The notes below the pieces were generated by a model. The model ran no database searches. It was not told the origin of the DNA and saw only the letters and a list, made by a program, of their open reading frames with translations. A program made the position numbers and the translations under genes. A stretch of DNA of 63,921 nucleotides, counting the filler, from Olpidium bornovanus S191 (taxonomy: Eukaryota; Fungi; Olpidiomycota), in assembly GCA_017911155.1 (NCBI GenBank). It is 31 parts of 31 records of this genome, joined end to end, with 100 filler letters (N's around TTAATTAATTAA, not from the genome) between each part and the next. Parts side by side here need not be neighbours in the genome. Positions count along the whole stretch, not along the records: positions 1 to 1,579 come from JAEFCI010006491.1; positions 1,680 to 2,911 come from JAEFCI010012752.1; positions 3,012 to 5,374 come from JAEFCI010001850.1; positions 5,475 to 7,399 come from JAEFCI010006329.1; positions 7,500 to 10,194 come from JAEFCI010012274.1; positions 10,295 to 11,489 come from JAEFCI010010735.1; 25 more parts are not named here. One strand, given 5' to 3'. Shown here in pieces: positions 1-11,489 of this stretch (position 1 is the first letter of the stretch; every line of letters starts with the position of its first letter).

Positions 1-326
1 CATGGCGGCGGTTGGGCTTGTGTGATCTCGAAAGTGCGAAGAAAAAGCTTTCTGCCCCGCGCCCGGGACCTTAAAATTTATTTGACGTCGTGTTCCGGTT
101 TTTGAGCGGCAGAAAGCGCGAGGGGGAATAAACAACTCCGACCTGTTTCCTGGCTGACGTACACGCATATGAGGGTCACTATACCAGGAGGTTGCTACCC
201 ATACAGCTACGAATTCAGCCGGCCCGTGCGCGCGCTGCGCGAAAGATGCCGGGTTCGTGATTGCGCTTATACAATCTGGGCCGGGCGATTGTGCAAAAAA
301 AGGCGTAAAAAAAGGCGTGATATGCC

Positions 327-1220
327 CAGAAGGCCATAGATTTTATGTTCTTCCGAGCTGAACATGCGGGAACACGCGACGAAGATCGCACAAGAAGCGA
401 ACGTGAATGTCGGAGATATCTTTAAGAAAAAGGCTCAGATGCAAGCATCACAGAAAACGACCTTACCAAACCTACATTGAGGGAAATTTTTTTTGTTTTT
501 GTTTTTTTTTTTGCAGGATTGTGGGATCCGCAGGATTCGTGTGGCATTTAGGGCGGTGGCACCGGTGTGCGTCGTTCCCGGACGGTTCAACAGCGCGTGA
601 CAAGAGCTTTTCGGTGGTTATGGTTTGACGGCGATCGGTGGGCTGGGAGCAGGCAACGAGGCCGCGGAAGTTCGGGTCTCCGTGGGGCCTCTGGCAAGGG
701 CCGCGACGTTTCGTCCGGGGGGTGCGTTTCGATAGGGCCTGGCAGGTTGGATTCACATCGGCGCGACAATCCAAACGCGCGCAAAGTCAAGAAATTGTTC
801 GACAATTTTTCGCCGGGCTGGCAAATGATTCAGTGCGATGCCTTTGAGGTAGGGGCGAAGAACGCCGACCGCGAAGATTCGGCTCGTGTCTCTGCAAAGA
901 CCGCGTTCTTTTTAGACGGGGCCGGGCACGTCGAGTTCTCTGCGAGGGCTGACTAGCCCAGCTAATTCCCGAACAGCAAGTTTCTTATGCTGCTTTCAAC
1001 GTGGCCGTCGTGAACACTCACGGAAGTCACTTCCTTTTGTGGACGGGAGGAAGGAAGGAACGAAGGGAGACGCCGGCCTTGCGCTCGCATGCGTCTGAAG
1101 CCGCGGGCGGCGGTTTTTTTGGACGCTTTCCAGGGAAGGGGGGGGTGCAGCATCGGAGCCCGGAGGGTACGAAAACTGCCGCGCCCGACTGTCCTGCGCG
1201 ATCTCCCCAACGTGTGCTCT
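327..1220 (-). CDS. Possible 3' part of a spliced hypothetical protein
   Basis: Minus-strand segments with GT-AG-like borders read ...STKGSDF / DTSRIFAVGVLRPYLKGIALNHLPARRKIVEQFLDF / ...DISDIHVRFLCDLRRVFPHVQLGRT*. They look protein-like, but I recognise no family and the exon joins are uncertain. Confidence 0.3.
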
Positions 1221-1579
1221 CAGAAACAACGAGGGGGCCGGGGGTTTTCAATTCCAATAACATTTCACGAAAGCTGGCTTGCGAGCGAAAATAATTGCGG
1301 GCTTCTGCGAGAAGGAACGGGCGTGTGAACCGGGCGGCTTTTGCCCGGTTCAGTTTCCGCTCAAGGGGATTTGTCATCTATCAACATACTGCACAAGATT
1401 GGAGGGGGCGGGCGGTGGGTGGGGGAGAAGTGGAGGGCAATCGGCAGGCAAGGCGGGCCATGGTGCAGGTCGGCTGCTGCCGCCAACGAAGCGGAAGGAG
1501 CATTTTTTTGGAATAAAAAAAGCCAAGAAGACCGGCCGTCCCGCAGAGACCTGTTGGCCAGTACGTCCCTGGTGAGAAA

Positions 1580-1679
1580 NNNNNNNNNNNNNNNNNNNNN
1601 NNNNNNNNNNNNNNNNNNNNNNNTTAATTAATTAANNNNNNNNNNNNNNNNNNNNNNNNNNNNNNNNNNNNNNNNNNNN
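1580..1679. other. Artificial contig-joining spacer (first of 30 identical copies)
   Basis: 44 N + TTAATTAATTAA (stops in all six frames) + 44 N. The same 100-nt block starts at 1580, 2912, 5375, 7400, 10195, 11490, 15069, 16877, 19017, 21332, 22826, 24340, 27189, 28964, 31176, 33893, 35949, 38491, 39822, 41869, 45595, 47252, 48759, 49945, 51895, 53163, 55633, 58534, 59996 and 62517. Confidence 0.98.
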
Positions 1680-2402
<723 letters not shown>

Positions 2403-2643
2403 ACCAAACGAGGGCAAGAAAGGGATAAAACGGCAAGTGCCGCGCAGAGCAGTTACTTCACTTCTACTACACTTGCCCGCTGTGTGGACGAGGCTGTAAT
2501 ATTTCCCCGCACCAGACCGTCCCCCCCACCTCCGTCCCCCCCCCCCCTCTCCGTCTACCCGCCGCGTGCCCCCTTCATTAGAACGCTTATTATCAAGCCG
2601 AGATTGCAGCCACTTTCCGGATTTGCATTCTAGACTTACCGCC

Positions 2644-2677
<34 letters not shown>

Positions 2678-3011
2678 CCCCTACTTGCCCCTCCCAACCT
2701 TACTGTCGTCACCAACGTTTTCTTTTGTCGTTTGCTGTGCTTCGCGGCTGATTCCGAGCGGAACCAGAGAAATGGGGTAACGGATTTTTTCATGGGGGGG
2801 AAAGGGGATTGCCCAAGCCTGTCCCGCAAGCCCACGTTTTCCGTCATCGCTTTCGGAGGAACGTCGGATCGCCCCCGCGTCATCAAACACATCGGCTTTT
2901 CGGCTCATCAGNNNNNNNNNNNNNNNNNNNNNNNNNNNNNNNNNNNNNNNNNNNNTTAATTAATTAANNNNNNNNNNNNNNNNNNNNNNNNNNNNNNNNN
3001 NNNNNNNNNNN

Positions 3012-3300
3012 GAACAAGTCCCGCCCCCGCGGGCCAAAAACCCGCCCATGCGGAACAAAGTCCCGCCCCCGCGGGCCAAAGACCCACCCATGCGGAGCAA
3101 GTCCCGCCCCCGCGGGCCAAGAACCGCCCCCGCGGGGCAAGAACCACCCGCGTGGGGCTGGACCAGCCCACGAAAGGAACGACCATGGTGCCATGCCCGT
3201 GCGCAGCGACCATGGCGCCCCGCTCGCGCGCCATGCCAGCGCGCAGCGACCATGGCGTCATGCCCGCGCGCAACGACCATGGCGCCCCGCCCGTGGGTAT
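3012..3300. repeat. GC-rich imperfect tandem repeats (minisatellite-like)
   Basis: About three copies of a ~40-bp unit (caagtcccgcccccgcgggccaa...cccatgcgga) at 3012-3140, then about four variable units built on cgaccatgg at 3180-3290. Confidence 0.75.
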
Positions 3301-3515
3301 AAATAGACACCATTGCCCGGTGGTTGAATGTAGATTCATTGGTCCACTTAACCCTACTTCCGATAACCAAACAGCTGAAGTGCACGCATTTCCGATAGCT
3401 AGAAAGCTGAAGTACACTTACTTCCGATAGCTAGAAGGCTGAAGTAAAAACACGCTTTAAAAAGCTCTGATTTCCAATTGAAATTGAATCACTTTTTGAC
3501 CCTGCGTGTTACACT

Positions 3516-3740
3516 CTAGACATTGCATCCGACACGAGGCGCCTGAGTCGCCGGAGCAAACACATGGAGCTCCGCCACTTATATGTCCGCGAGTGCGCGG
3601 CGAGCAGCAAAGTCGAACTCATTCAAGTTCCATCGGCGAGCAATCTTGCTGACGGCTTCACGAAAGGACTCAATTCCATCAACTTCGCACGCTTCCGGGA
3701 CGCCACCGGAGTGCGCCCTTGCCTGTCGACGGTCAAATAG
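3516..3740 (+). mobile_element. Ty1/copia retrotransposon remnant A: RNase H C-terminus
   Basis: Translates to LDIASDTRRLSRRSKHMELRHLYVRECAASSKVELIQVPSASNLADGFTKGLNSINFARFRDATGV...*, matching the copia KHI-x-LR-x-H-x-VRE...NLAD-x-FTK pattern. A purine-rich tract follows at ~3762-3778. Confidence 0.85.
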
Positions 3741-3778
3741 ACATCAAGTTCCTGGATATTCAAGAGGTCACAAGGGGG

Positions 3779-4046
3779 CGTTGGCCAAGGCGAGAAGGTA
3801 CCGAGCAGTCAGGATTCTCCGCAGAGTTCCGCACTTTACTTTCCATCCAATTTGTTTTCACACTTTACCATACTTCTCCTTTTCCCACTTTACCGTACTT
3901 CTCCATCAACCCAAACTTCATATTTCCCTTCCGATTTTTCTTTTCCGTCCTTCGAGCGAGGGGGGGGGTCGCGCCCGAAATATTCTTACCGCTCTCAGAC
4001 CACTCGTAGCCAAAACGAAAACACCAAAATAAAAACGAAAACGACA
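3779..4046 (+). mobile_element. Putative 3' LTR of copia remnant A
   Basis: Begins right after the PPT-like aagaggtcacaaggggg. Its ends, cgttgg...cgaca, resemble degenerate TGTTG...CAACA, and it abuts the coding frame of a second copia element. Confidence 0.45.
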
Positions 4047-4047
4047 C

Positions 4048-4650
4048 TCGGGGCGACAGTCAGAACCACGTGCTCTGGATTGGACAGCAGCCCTCCGCGT
4101 TTTCAAGTACCTGGCAGGAACGGCCAATATCCGATTGAGGTACGGCGGGGGAAAAGGTTGCGAGTCACTCTTTGGTTTCTGCGATGCCAATTACGCGGAA
4201 TGCCGAGAAACACATCGAAGCACAAGTAGCCATGCCTTTCTGCTAGCAGGTGGCACCATCGTGTGGAGGAGCAAACGACAGGAAGTGGTTGCGGCTTCGA
4301 CTACAGAGGCCAAATACAGTGCATTGGCGGAAGGAGCAAAGGAGGCAATGTGGCTGACGCCACTGTTGGAGGAGCTGTGGGAGAAATCACCGCGTCTGGT
4401 GAGGATTCATGAGGACAACCGTGGCACTCTTCTACTGGCGAACAATCCAGTCAACCACGGGAAGACCAAGCACATCAGTGTGCGTTGGCACCTTATGCGC
4501 GAGTGCGTCGAGAACCGAGATATCGCCCTTGCTTCCGTCGCCACCGAGGATCAGACGGCTGACATCTTGACTAAAGCTTTGGGCAAGATCACGCACCAAA
4601 AGCACACTGGCGGTTTGGGCCTCCATGGCAACAAGAAGGCGGCAAAGTGA
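4048..4650 (+). mobile_element. Ty1/copia retrotransposon remnant B: RT C-terminus plus RNase H
   Basis: Open frame PRALDWTAALRVFKYLAGTANIRLRY...GFCDANYA...RSTSSHAFLLAGGTIVWRSKRQEVVAASTTEAKYSAL...EDNRG...KTKHISVRWHLMRECVE...DQTADILTKAL, the canonical copia Pol 3' region. A PPT-like tract follows at 4650-4668, and a possible LTR TGAC...GTCA spans ~4672-4866. Confidence 0.92.
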
Positions 4651-5474
4651 AGAAGGACAGGGAAAGGCGTATGACAGACGCCACGGTGGTGCCGGAGCAC
4701 ACCGCGGCGCGGGGGGGTGTTGGCGTTTGGCGCCTTTCTGGCTGTGTTTAAATAGCTCTTACCCCTACCCGTGTAAACCTCTTCGTAGTTTCCCCGCCGC
4801 TCCCGTCAAATACAAACAAAAAACGGTTCAACGACAAAGCTGTCCGGCTCAAACTTTCATTGGTCAATTTTAGAAAAATGTTCCATTTCTCCTCGGAGGA
4901 CATAAAAAAGAAAGAAAAGAAATGCCCGCCTAGCGGTGCCTTCCGCAAGTAACATCCGCCCATAATAATAATAATTTGTGCAAGGCTCAACAGCGGCGCC
5001 TATTTAGTGCTTGTGGCAGCAGGTGCCTGGTCTGGCTTGAACCCTTTTCAATTGCCTCCCCTGATTATCCTGGCCTGCAGCTGGGGCCAGGTAGGCCCAC
5101 TGATCCGGCCAGGGTCGGTATAAAAAGGTAAACAACGGTATTATCGGTAAGCACCCGTTCCACCTCCCCTCCTGCAACACTGAAAAGCCCGGTCAACACG
5201 TTGCAAGTCTTTGCTCGAATGCTGTTTCGGCAGTTTCTCGCCTGGTTTCTCACGTTTTTCCTCGCCTGGAGATTGTATTAGCTACACATCGCAGAAATTC
5301 GCTCCCTCAGAGATAGCGCCAGGTTTACTCCTGATCTTACACCTGATCATGATCTCTCTCTCTCTCTCTCTCTCNNNNNNNNNNNNNNNNNNNNNNNNNN
5401 NNNNNNNNNNNNNNNNNNTTAATTAATTAANNNNNNNNNNNNNNNNNNNNNNNNNNNNNNNNNNNNNNNNNNNN

Positions 5475-5512
<38 letters not shown>

Positions 5513-5805
5513 AAACCCCATCCCCCCACCCCCCCTCCTCCCGCCCAGGTCAAAGCGTCCGCCCGAGGGGGCGGTGTATAGCGTTGTCGGGCGCCGGGGC
5601 GAACCCCCCCCCCCCGACTGCTCCGCCGCCGGGCAAGAGAAGACTACTACACCCCTTCTCGTTTCGGGAGGGCGTTAAGCTCCCCTGTGCCCCCTCCCCG
5701 AGTTGCGCGACCGCCGCCTCGGGTCCGCGCCTGTCATTCGTGGTCAACCCCTCCCTCCCCCACCCTCGTCGACGGGGGTTCGCGGGGGCAAGGAAAACGC
5801 TTTTC

Positions 5806-5839
<34 letters not shown>

Positions 5840-6414
5840 GGATCTGTCACCGTTTTTGTCTGATGATGCAATATCCTGTAGGATATCCCATCTCCGTTCC
5901 CCGAGTGGAGTGACTTCATACGTAAAAAAAAAAGAAAACAAAACGTGGCGAAAAAAAAAAACGCAAAAAAGAAAGAAAAAACTAAGATGGAAAAAAAAAA
6001 ATAACGAAAAAAAAAAACGCAAAAAAAAACTAAAATGGAGGAAAAAAAAATTATAAGAGAAACCGGCTTTCGCCGGGGAGCAGCAAAAAAAATTTCGGAG
6101 ACCAGGAGGGCAATATATACATATGCAGCCGTTTACGGGGTCTGCGTGTGTGTGTGGGCGAGTGAGTGAGTGAGTGAGTGAGAGGGAGTGAGTGAGTGAG
6201 AGAGAGTGTGTGTGGCGCGCGCGTTCGCGTTCGTTTGTGAAAAAAAAACAACCCAAACAAACGAAATAAAATATACACAGCAATTTGGGCGCGGGGTCAC
6301 CCCTTTCTCCCGCTCGTCCGAAATAAACAAGAAAAAAAAAATACGGACCGGAAAAAGCGGCGCCGGGATCCCCGCGCGCGCGCGCGCGCCCGGGGCGGAA
6401 TTTTGTTCCCTCTC

Positions 6415-7399
6415 TCACGTCGAGTCCGCCGAGGTCTTCAGGCGCTTGTACAGCGCCGCGCGGCGCGCGCCCTCGCGCGCGTCCTGCAGGCCGAGGAGCG
6501 CCTTGGCGCTCTCGGAGGCGCGGCGGAAAAACCCCGCCTGCTCCGGCCCGGGGCGCTCTTCGGCGGGGCCGGCGAACGGGGCGGCCTCGAACGCCGAGGA
6601 CTTGGACCTGCCGAGCGCGGCCATCTCCACCCCGAGGCCGGCCTGCCTCGCCGCGGGAACAGCGCCGCCTGCCGCCATGATCTCCGCGACCGCCCGCGGC
6701 CTCTTGTACCATTTGAGCGCGAGCGAGGAGCACACGACGCTGACGCTCGAGAACGCCATCGTCGCACCGGCGAGCATCGGGTGCAGCATGACCCCCCAGG
6801 GGAGGAACATGCCCATGGCGACGGGGATGAACACCGCGTTGTACAGGAGGGCCCACGCGAAGTTCCAGCGGATGCGCCGGAAGATGGTCCGCGACAGGTC
6901 CAGCGCCACGATCACGTCCGTCAGCGCGCCGTAGCCGTCGCCCTGCCCGCGCGCGACGAGCACGATGTCGGCCGTCTCCATCGCGATGTCCGTCCCGTTG
7001 CTGACCGCGATGCCGCAGTCCGAGAGCGCCAGCGCGGGGGAGTCGTTGACGCCGTCGCCGACGAACGCGACCTTCCCTGTCCTGCCGCGGGCGGCCCTTG
7101 CGTCAGACGCGTCGTCGTCTTCGGGCGTCGCCGCCCGGGCCGAAAGCAGGCCAGGCAGGCCGGCTTGCAGCCTCTTCACGATTTCGGTCTTGCCCCGCGG
7201 GCTGACCCCCGCGTACACCTCCGTGATCCCTACCGACCGCGCGACGACGCGCGCCGTCAGTTCCTGGTCGCCCGTGACCATGGCCACCTCCATCCCCATT
7301 TTCCTCAGCTCCCGCACGACGTCCCTCGCTTCCCGCCGCGGCGCGTCGGACAGGCTCAGTATGCCTGCGAATTCCCGTTCCACTGCGAACATCACCACC
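6415..7399 (-). CDS. CCC2: P1B-type heavy-metal (copper) transporting ATPase, C-terminal part
   Basis: Contains MVTGD, GVSPRGK, FVGDGVNDSPALA, ADIVL, NFAWALLYN and AMAFSSVSVV. The YN and MxxSS transmembrane motifs are typical of Cu(I) P1B-1 ATPases. The 5' end is cut by the contig edge. Confidence 0.9.
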
Positions 7400-8218
7400 N
7401 NNNNNNNNNNNNNNNNNNNNNNNNNNNNNNNNNNNNNNNNNNNTTAATTAATTAANNNNNNNNNNNNNNNNNNNNNNNNNNNNNNNNNNNNNNNNNNNNC
7501 CATGTCCCAATTCGGAAACTGCACAACTCGGGAACGGCGTTGTTTGCGTATCCTTCTCTCTCTTTCGTGTTTATTTTTTTTTGCTTGGTTCGTTGATGCA
7601 AGCTACATTTTACCATTTAGCTCGGCAAGTGTATGCTTTAGCAGATCTGCGCGACGTTAAACGGCTCTTCATCAAGATTCTCATTGGTTGTTTAGGCGAG
7701 TCGACAACAGGTTGTTTTTTGGTCCGGCAAAACATTTAGCGAAAATCTCTCTGGACAGGTCTGCAGAGCTGCATTCTGAATTGTGTTTTACGTCTCAAAT
7801 GGGTACTCCCGGAGCATTTCTCGCACCAAAAATGCCTCGCAAACGGTGTTTCTCTTCGGAAGTTGCCCATAAGAGCCCCCGCTCCTTCGCTGTTGTCTTC
7901 GGTTGCACCGTCTTTCGCTTCCGTTGTCGCCCAGCCCGCTCGCCCGCAGCCCGCGCCCACAAGCGCCCAGCGCCGTCGCAGACTTCGTTCACGAAGGTAA
8001 ATTGTACTTTACATCTGGTCGTCCGTCACTAACAGATACCCGCTTGAGCCGTTCAGGTGTGATCAACGCCTATACACCATTTTCCTGCATCCTCCAGGGA
8101 CCAAGATCGCGGCGGCCGCACAGCGCCTGGAGAGGAGGACATCGAGAACCCGCAGCAAGGCCAGAGCTCAAAGGCGGCACAACGGCCTCGGCAACAGGTT
8201 TCTGAGAGCTTCTGAGCT

Positions 8219-9631
8219 ATGGTCCCGGCGAAGCCCCAGGGTTCGACCGAACAAGGGCCGCGGCAGCAGCATGAGCACGAGATCCTGGGCTCCGCCGAAC
8301 GGGACGAGAACATTTGGCGCGACAGCGATCTCGAGCGGCCGAAGCGCAACAGCGGCCTTGACAGTCGAGCCCAAGCTGTCGTGGAAAATCGTGATACGGC
8401 GCTTTCCGAGCGGCAGCACGACGCCGAGAGCGATGTGACGCAGCACCTTAAGGGCCTGGAGGTTGCGGAGGACCGCCGGAACAGCGTGCGCGGCGAGCGT
8501 CCAGAGGAAATCAAAAACCCCAATTCCACGGACGCACGAGTGGACCGCGCGCTCGAGAGGCAGGCGGCTTTTTCCTCGGAGCAGGGCGGGCTCGCCCGCC
8601 AAGACGCCGAGATGCACAGCCGGTGTCTGGACGCTGCGGCGAAGCGGCGGGAGACCTTGAAGAGCGCGAGTCTGGAGAGACTTAAGGAGCACAACGATCT
8701 GGAGCACAAGGCAGAGCAAGCTCAGAGGAAGCACGAGGAGATGCTGCAGGAACGCCAGCGGGCGCTAGAGAAGGACGTCCGCGCGCACGAGCGGGAGCTC
8801 CGCAGGGCAGAGGATCGGCGGGCCGGCTTCCAGCAGGCTGCGCTCGAGAACGTGGATCCGGCCGATCGGCCGGACGGGAGAGTCGAGCGTGCGCAGGAGA
8901 GGCACCTGCAACTGCTGAGGGAGGAGGGGCAGCGCAAGGAGAGCGAGACGCGCGAGCTCGACCGCGGGCTGGAGAGCGCCAAGGAGCGACGTGAGAAGGC
9001 CCAGAGCTCCTCGCTGGAGCATATCAAGCAGTTTAATGCGCTTGACAAGAAAATCCCCGCCGTTCAGCAGAAACACCAAAATATTTTGGAGCAGCGCCAA
9101 GCAGCGCTAGAGCGTGAAGTCCAGGCGCACGACCGGGCTTTCCGCTCGGCCGGAGATCAACGGCGGAGGAACTCGGGGCAGAGTCTTGAGGATCTGGGAA
9201 CGCACGATCAAACTGAAATTAAGGCCAGCCGCGCGCAGGAGAGACTTGAGCGGATTGCGGCCGAGCAGAAGGAAGCCGACGAGCGGGACGCGGAAGCGCA
9301 TAACTCCGCCTTCGAGGCCGCCAAGAACCGGCGCGCCCGGTTGGCCACCCCCAAGAAGGTCAACTCCATTGACGAGAAGATTGCGCAAACTCAGGAAGCT
9401 CGTGACCGTGCTCTCGCGGAACAAGAGCGCCTCAAGGAAGAAGACGCTCTCAGGCACGAAAGGGCCAGCTTGCAGAGCGAGGAACGCCGGCGTGCGTTGT
9501 ACGCGGCCTCTACTAGCAGCCTTACCGACAGGGACAAAGCAAACGAAGTGCCTCGCAGCGCGTACGGCACGCGCGTCGGCGACGCCGAGAAGGGCGCGGG
9601 CGACAGTCTGCCCGGGTGGAAGGAGTCTTCG
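8219..9631 (+). CDS. Hypothetical alpha-helical protein with seven ~57-aa tandem repeats
   Basis: Long stop-free E/R/A/Q-rich frame. Repeat starts fall at residues 48, 105, 162, 219, 276, 333 and 385. A probable donor GTGAGC at ~9632 means the gene likely continues, and upstream exons are possible (8098 onward). Confidence 0.75.
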
Positions 9632-10859
9632 GTGAGCGGGTAAAACAAACTTACCGGCGGCACCTGCACCCATATGACCCCTACGCTCAGGATTATCGCC
9701 AACCATCGCCGCCGCTGTCTGAGTGCCGCATTGTGGACCGCCCCGCACCCGGGGTTTCAGAGCCTTTTGGCCCAAGGCCTCGATATCCCATTCGTTTATT
9801 GAATTTGACCCCAAGGTTAAGAGTAAATAAATGCGTTGGTGTCCGTTCACGTGTCCATTCAGGCCTCTTCGCTGAGATGTTGCTGCTATGGGGGAGTAAG
9901 GGGGGGGGGTGGACAGCTTGCCACACGGTTACCGGTCCAAAACCCGCAATGCGAAGTCTGCGACCAGCTCCTTGCCCATCTTCCCACCGTTTCCACTGCA
10001 CCTATTTTTCTTTTTGTTTTCTCAATACTTTGTAGTTGGCGCACCTTTTTCTCTGCGCCGGAATTCGCATGGGCATGGTTCACTGGATTTGCGGGATTGA
10101 GCAGAATTCGCGGGACTCGTGGAATTCTCTTTTCCTTTCCTTTGCGAGATTCGCGAAATCCTCGTTTCGTACGCGCTCGAATACCGCCAACTCCNNNNNN
10201 NNNNNNNNNNNNNNNNNNNNNNNNNNNNNNNNNNNNNNTTAATTAATTAANNNNNNNNNNNNNNNNNNNNNNNNNNNNNNNNNNNNNNNNNNNNCTGCGA
10301 GCAGAGGCGTCCGGTTGGTCACGAGGAACTGAGGAACTGAGGTGATTGCCGGCGTTGAATGCGCCGATGACGAGCTCGGCGGCAGGCTTATGAAAGAAGC
10401 GGCTTCGAACCGTTGACGGAGATTCAATCGTCTAACACCACTTCGGAAAATATCAATCTGACCAGGCAGCCCTCAGAAGAGCGCGGGGTTGAAGGGGATC
10501 GAAATTGCGGGCTCGTTGACCAGCAGGAAGGCAACGAGGCAGAAAGCACGGCGACCGTTTTTGAATGGGCCGGTGTCCGTCACCGCGGCCGCCGTTTCAA
10601 GGCGGACGCACATGAAACTCAGGCAAACTCCCACGAGGGCGGCCCTGACGGAGCCGTTTGCCGAAACGGACATTTTTTGGATTGACGAAGTGCGGCTGGC
10701 ATTGGGGCTGCTTGGCCTTGCGACGCGCGGCTGCGTCGATACGGGGCCGGGCCCCTTCGCGAGGGTGGCGGCGATGGCGGAGCCACGAGCGCAAGGCACG
10801 CACGGCTGGAATCGCTTTAAACTTTTCTGACATCAGTTTAAACTTTCTTTTGATGTCGC

Positions 10860-10940
10860 TTTAAACTTTTTTCGCGTCACTTTAGCTTTGTGTGTCTATT
10901 TTAGCTTTGTCCCTCTATTTTAGCTTCGTCTCCCTATTTA
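10860..10940. repeat. ~19-bp imperfect tandem repeat
   Basis: tttagctttgtgtgtctat / tttagctttgtccctctat / tttagcttcgtctccctat, preceded by related tttaaactttt units. Confidence 0.65.
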
Positions 10941-11489
10941 GCCTCTGCACAGCTGCGCTCTGAGGACTTGAGCTTAATCCCCAGCCCTGGGTATATAACC
11001 AGGCCCCCCCCCCCCCCCCTTTTGCAAACTTATGGCATAGACATGCGCTGAAGAAAGGAAGATTGAACGAAGGAGAAGACGGAGGAAGTCCTTGAGCCGA
11101 AGTCCCTCTCCTGGGTGATTGTCCTTCCACATGTCGTTGCCATAATGCATTTGTAGCAAATCTTTTATGTCCGCCCATGTCGCATCATCCTCGTCTTGGA
11201 AAGTCTTGAGGTGGTTGAACCAGAGTGGCGTCAAGCTTGGTTGCAGCGAGATCTGCTTGTGTGGTAACACCTGTGCAACTGAGTTTAAAGAACCTTTCCA
11301 TTTTTGTGACGAACAAGCGTAAATCTGTGGCAATGGTCAGTCCCCTGCCATTGAACTTATTAATTTCAGCAAAGACCAACTTGAGAGAATCATTGCTAAG
11401 CAGCCCCTGCATGGGGTTTTGATTACTGTGGGTGCGTTGCCGGCGCTCTTGGCGTCTAAGTTGATTCTGGGCTTCTTGCAAAGCGGCAC
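10900..11489 (-). mobile_element. Degenerate Ty3/gypsy-type gag remnant (frameshifted)
   Basis: KFNGRG...DLRLFVTKMERFF...AATKLDATL, then after a frameshift at ~11228 WFNHLKTFQDEDDATWADIKDLLQMHYG. This fits the retrotransposon gag capsid pattern (F-x-G, ME-x-FF, W...TW...L). Confidence 0.65.

Noticed and set aside
3012-3300. Tandem repeats as a CRISPR array
   Set aside because: The units are adjacent without unique spacers, there are no cas genes, and the context is eukaryotic.
5744-7455. Long overlapping ORFs (5744-6856 minus, 6206-6934 plus, 6403-7455 plus) around the ATPase
   Set aside because: These are antisense or off-frame shadows of a GC-rich coding region, or run through homopolymer sequence, and carry no motifs.
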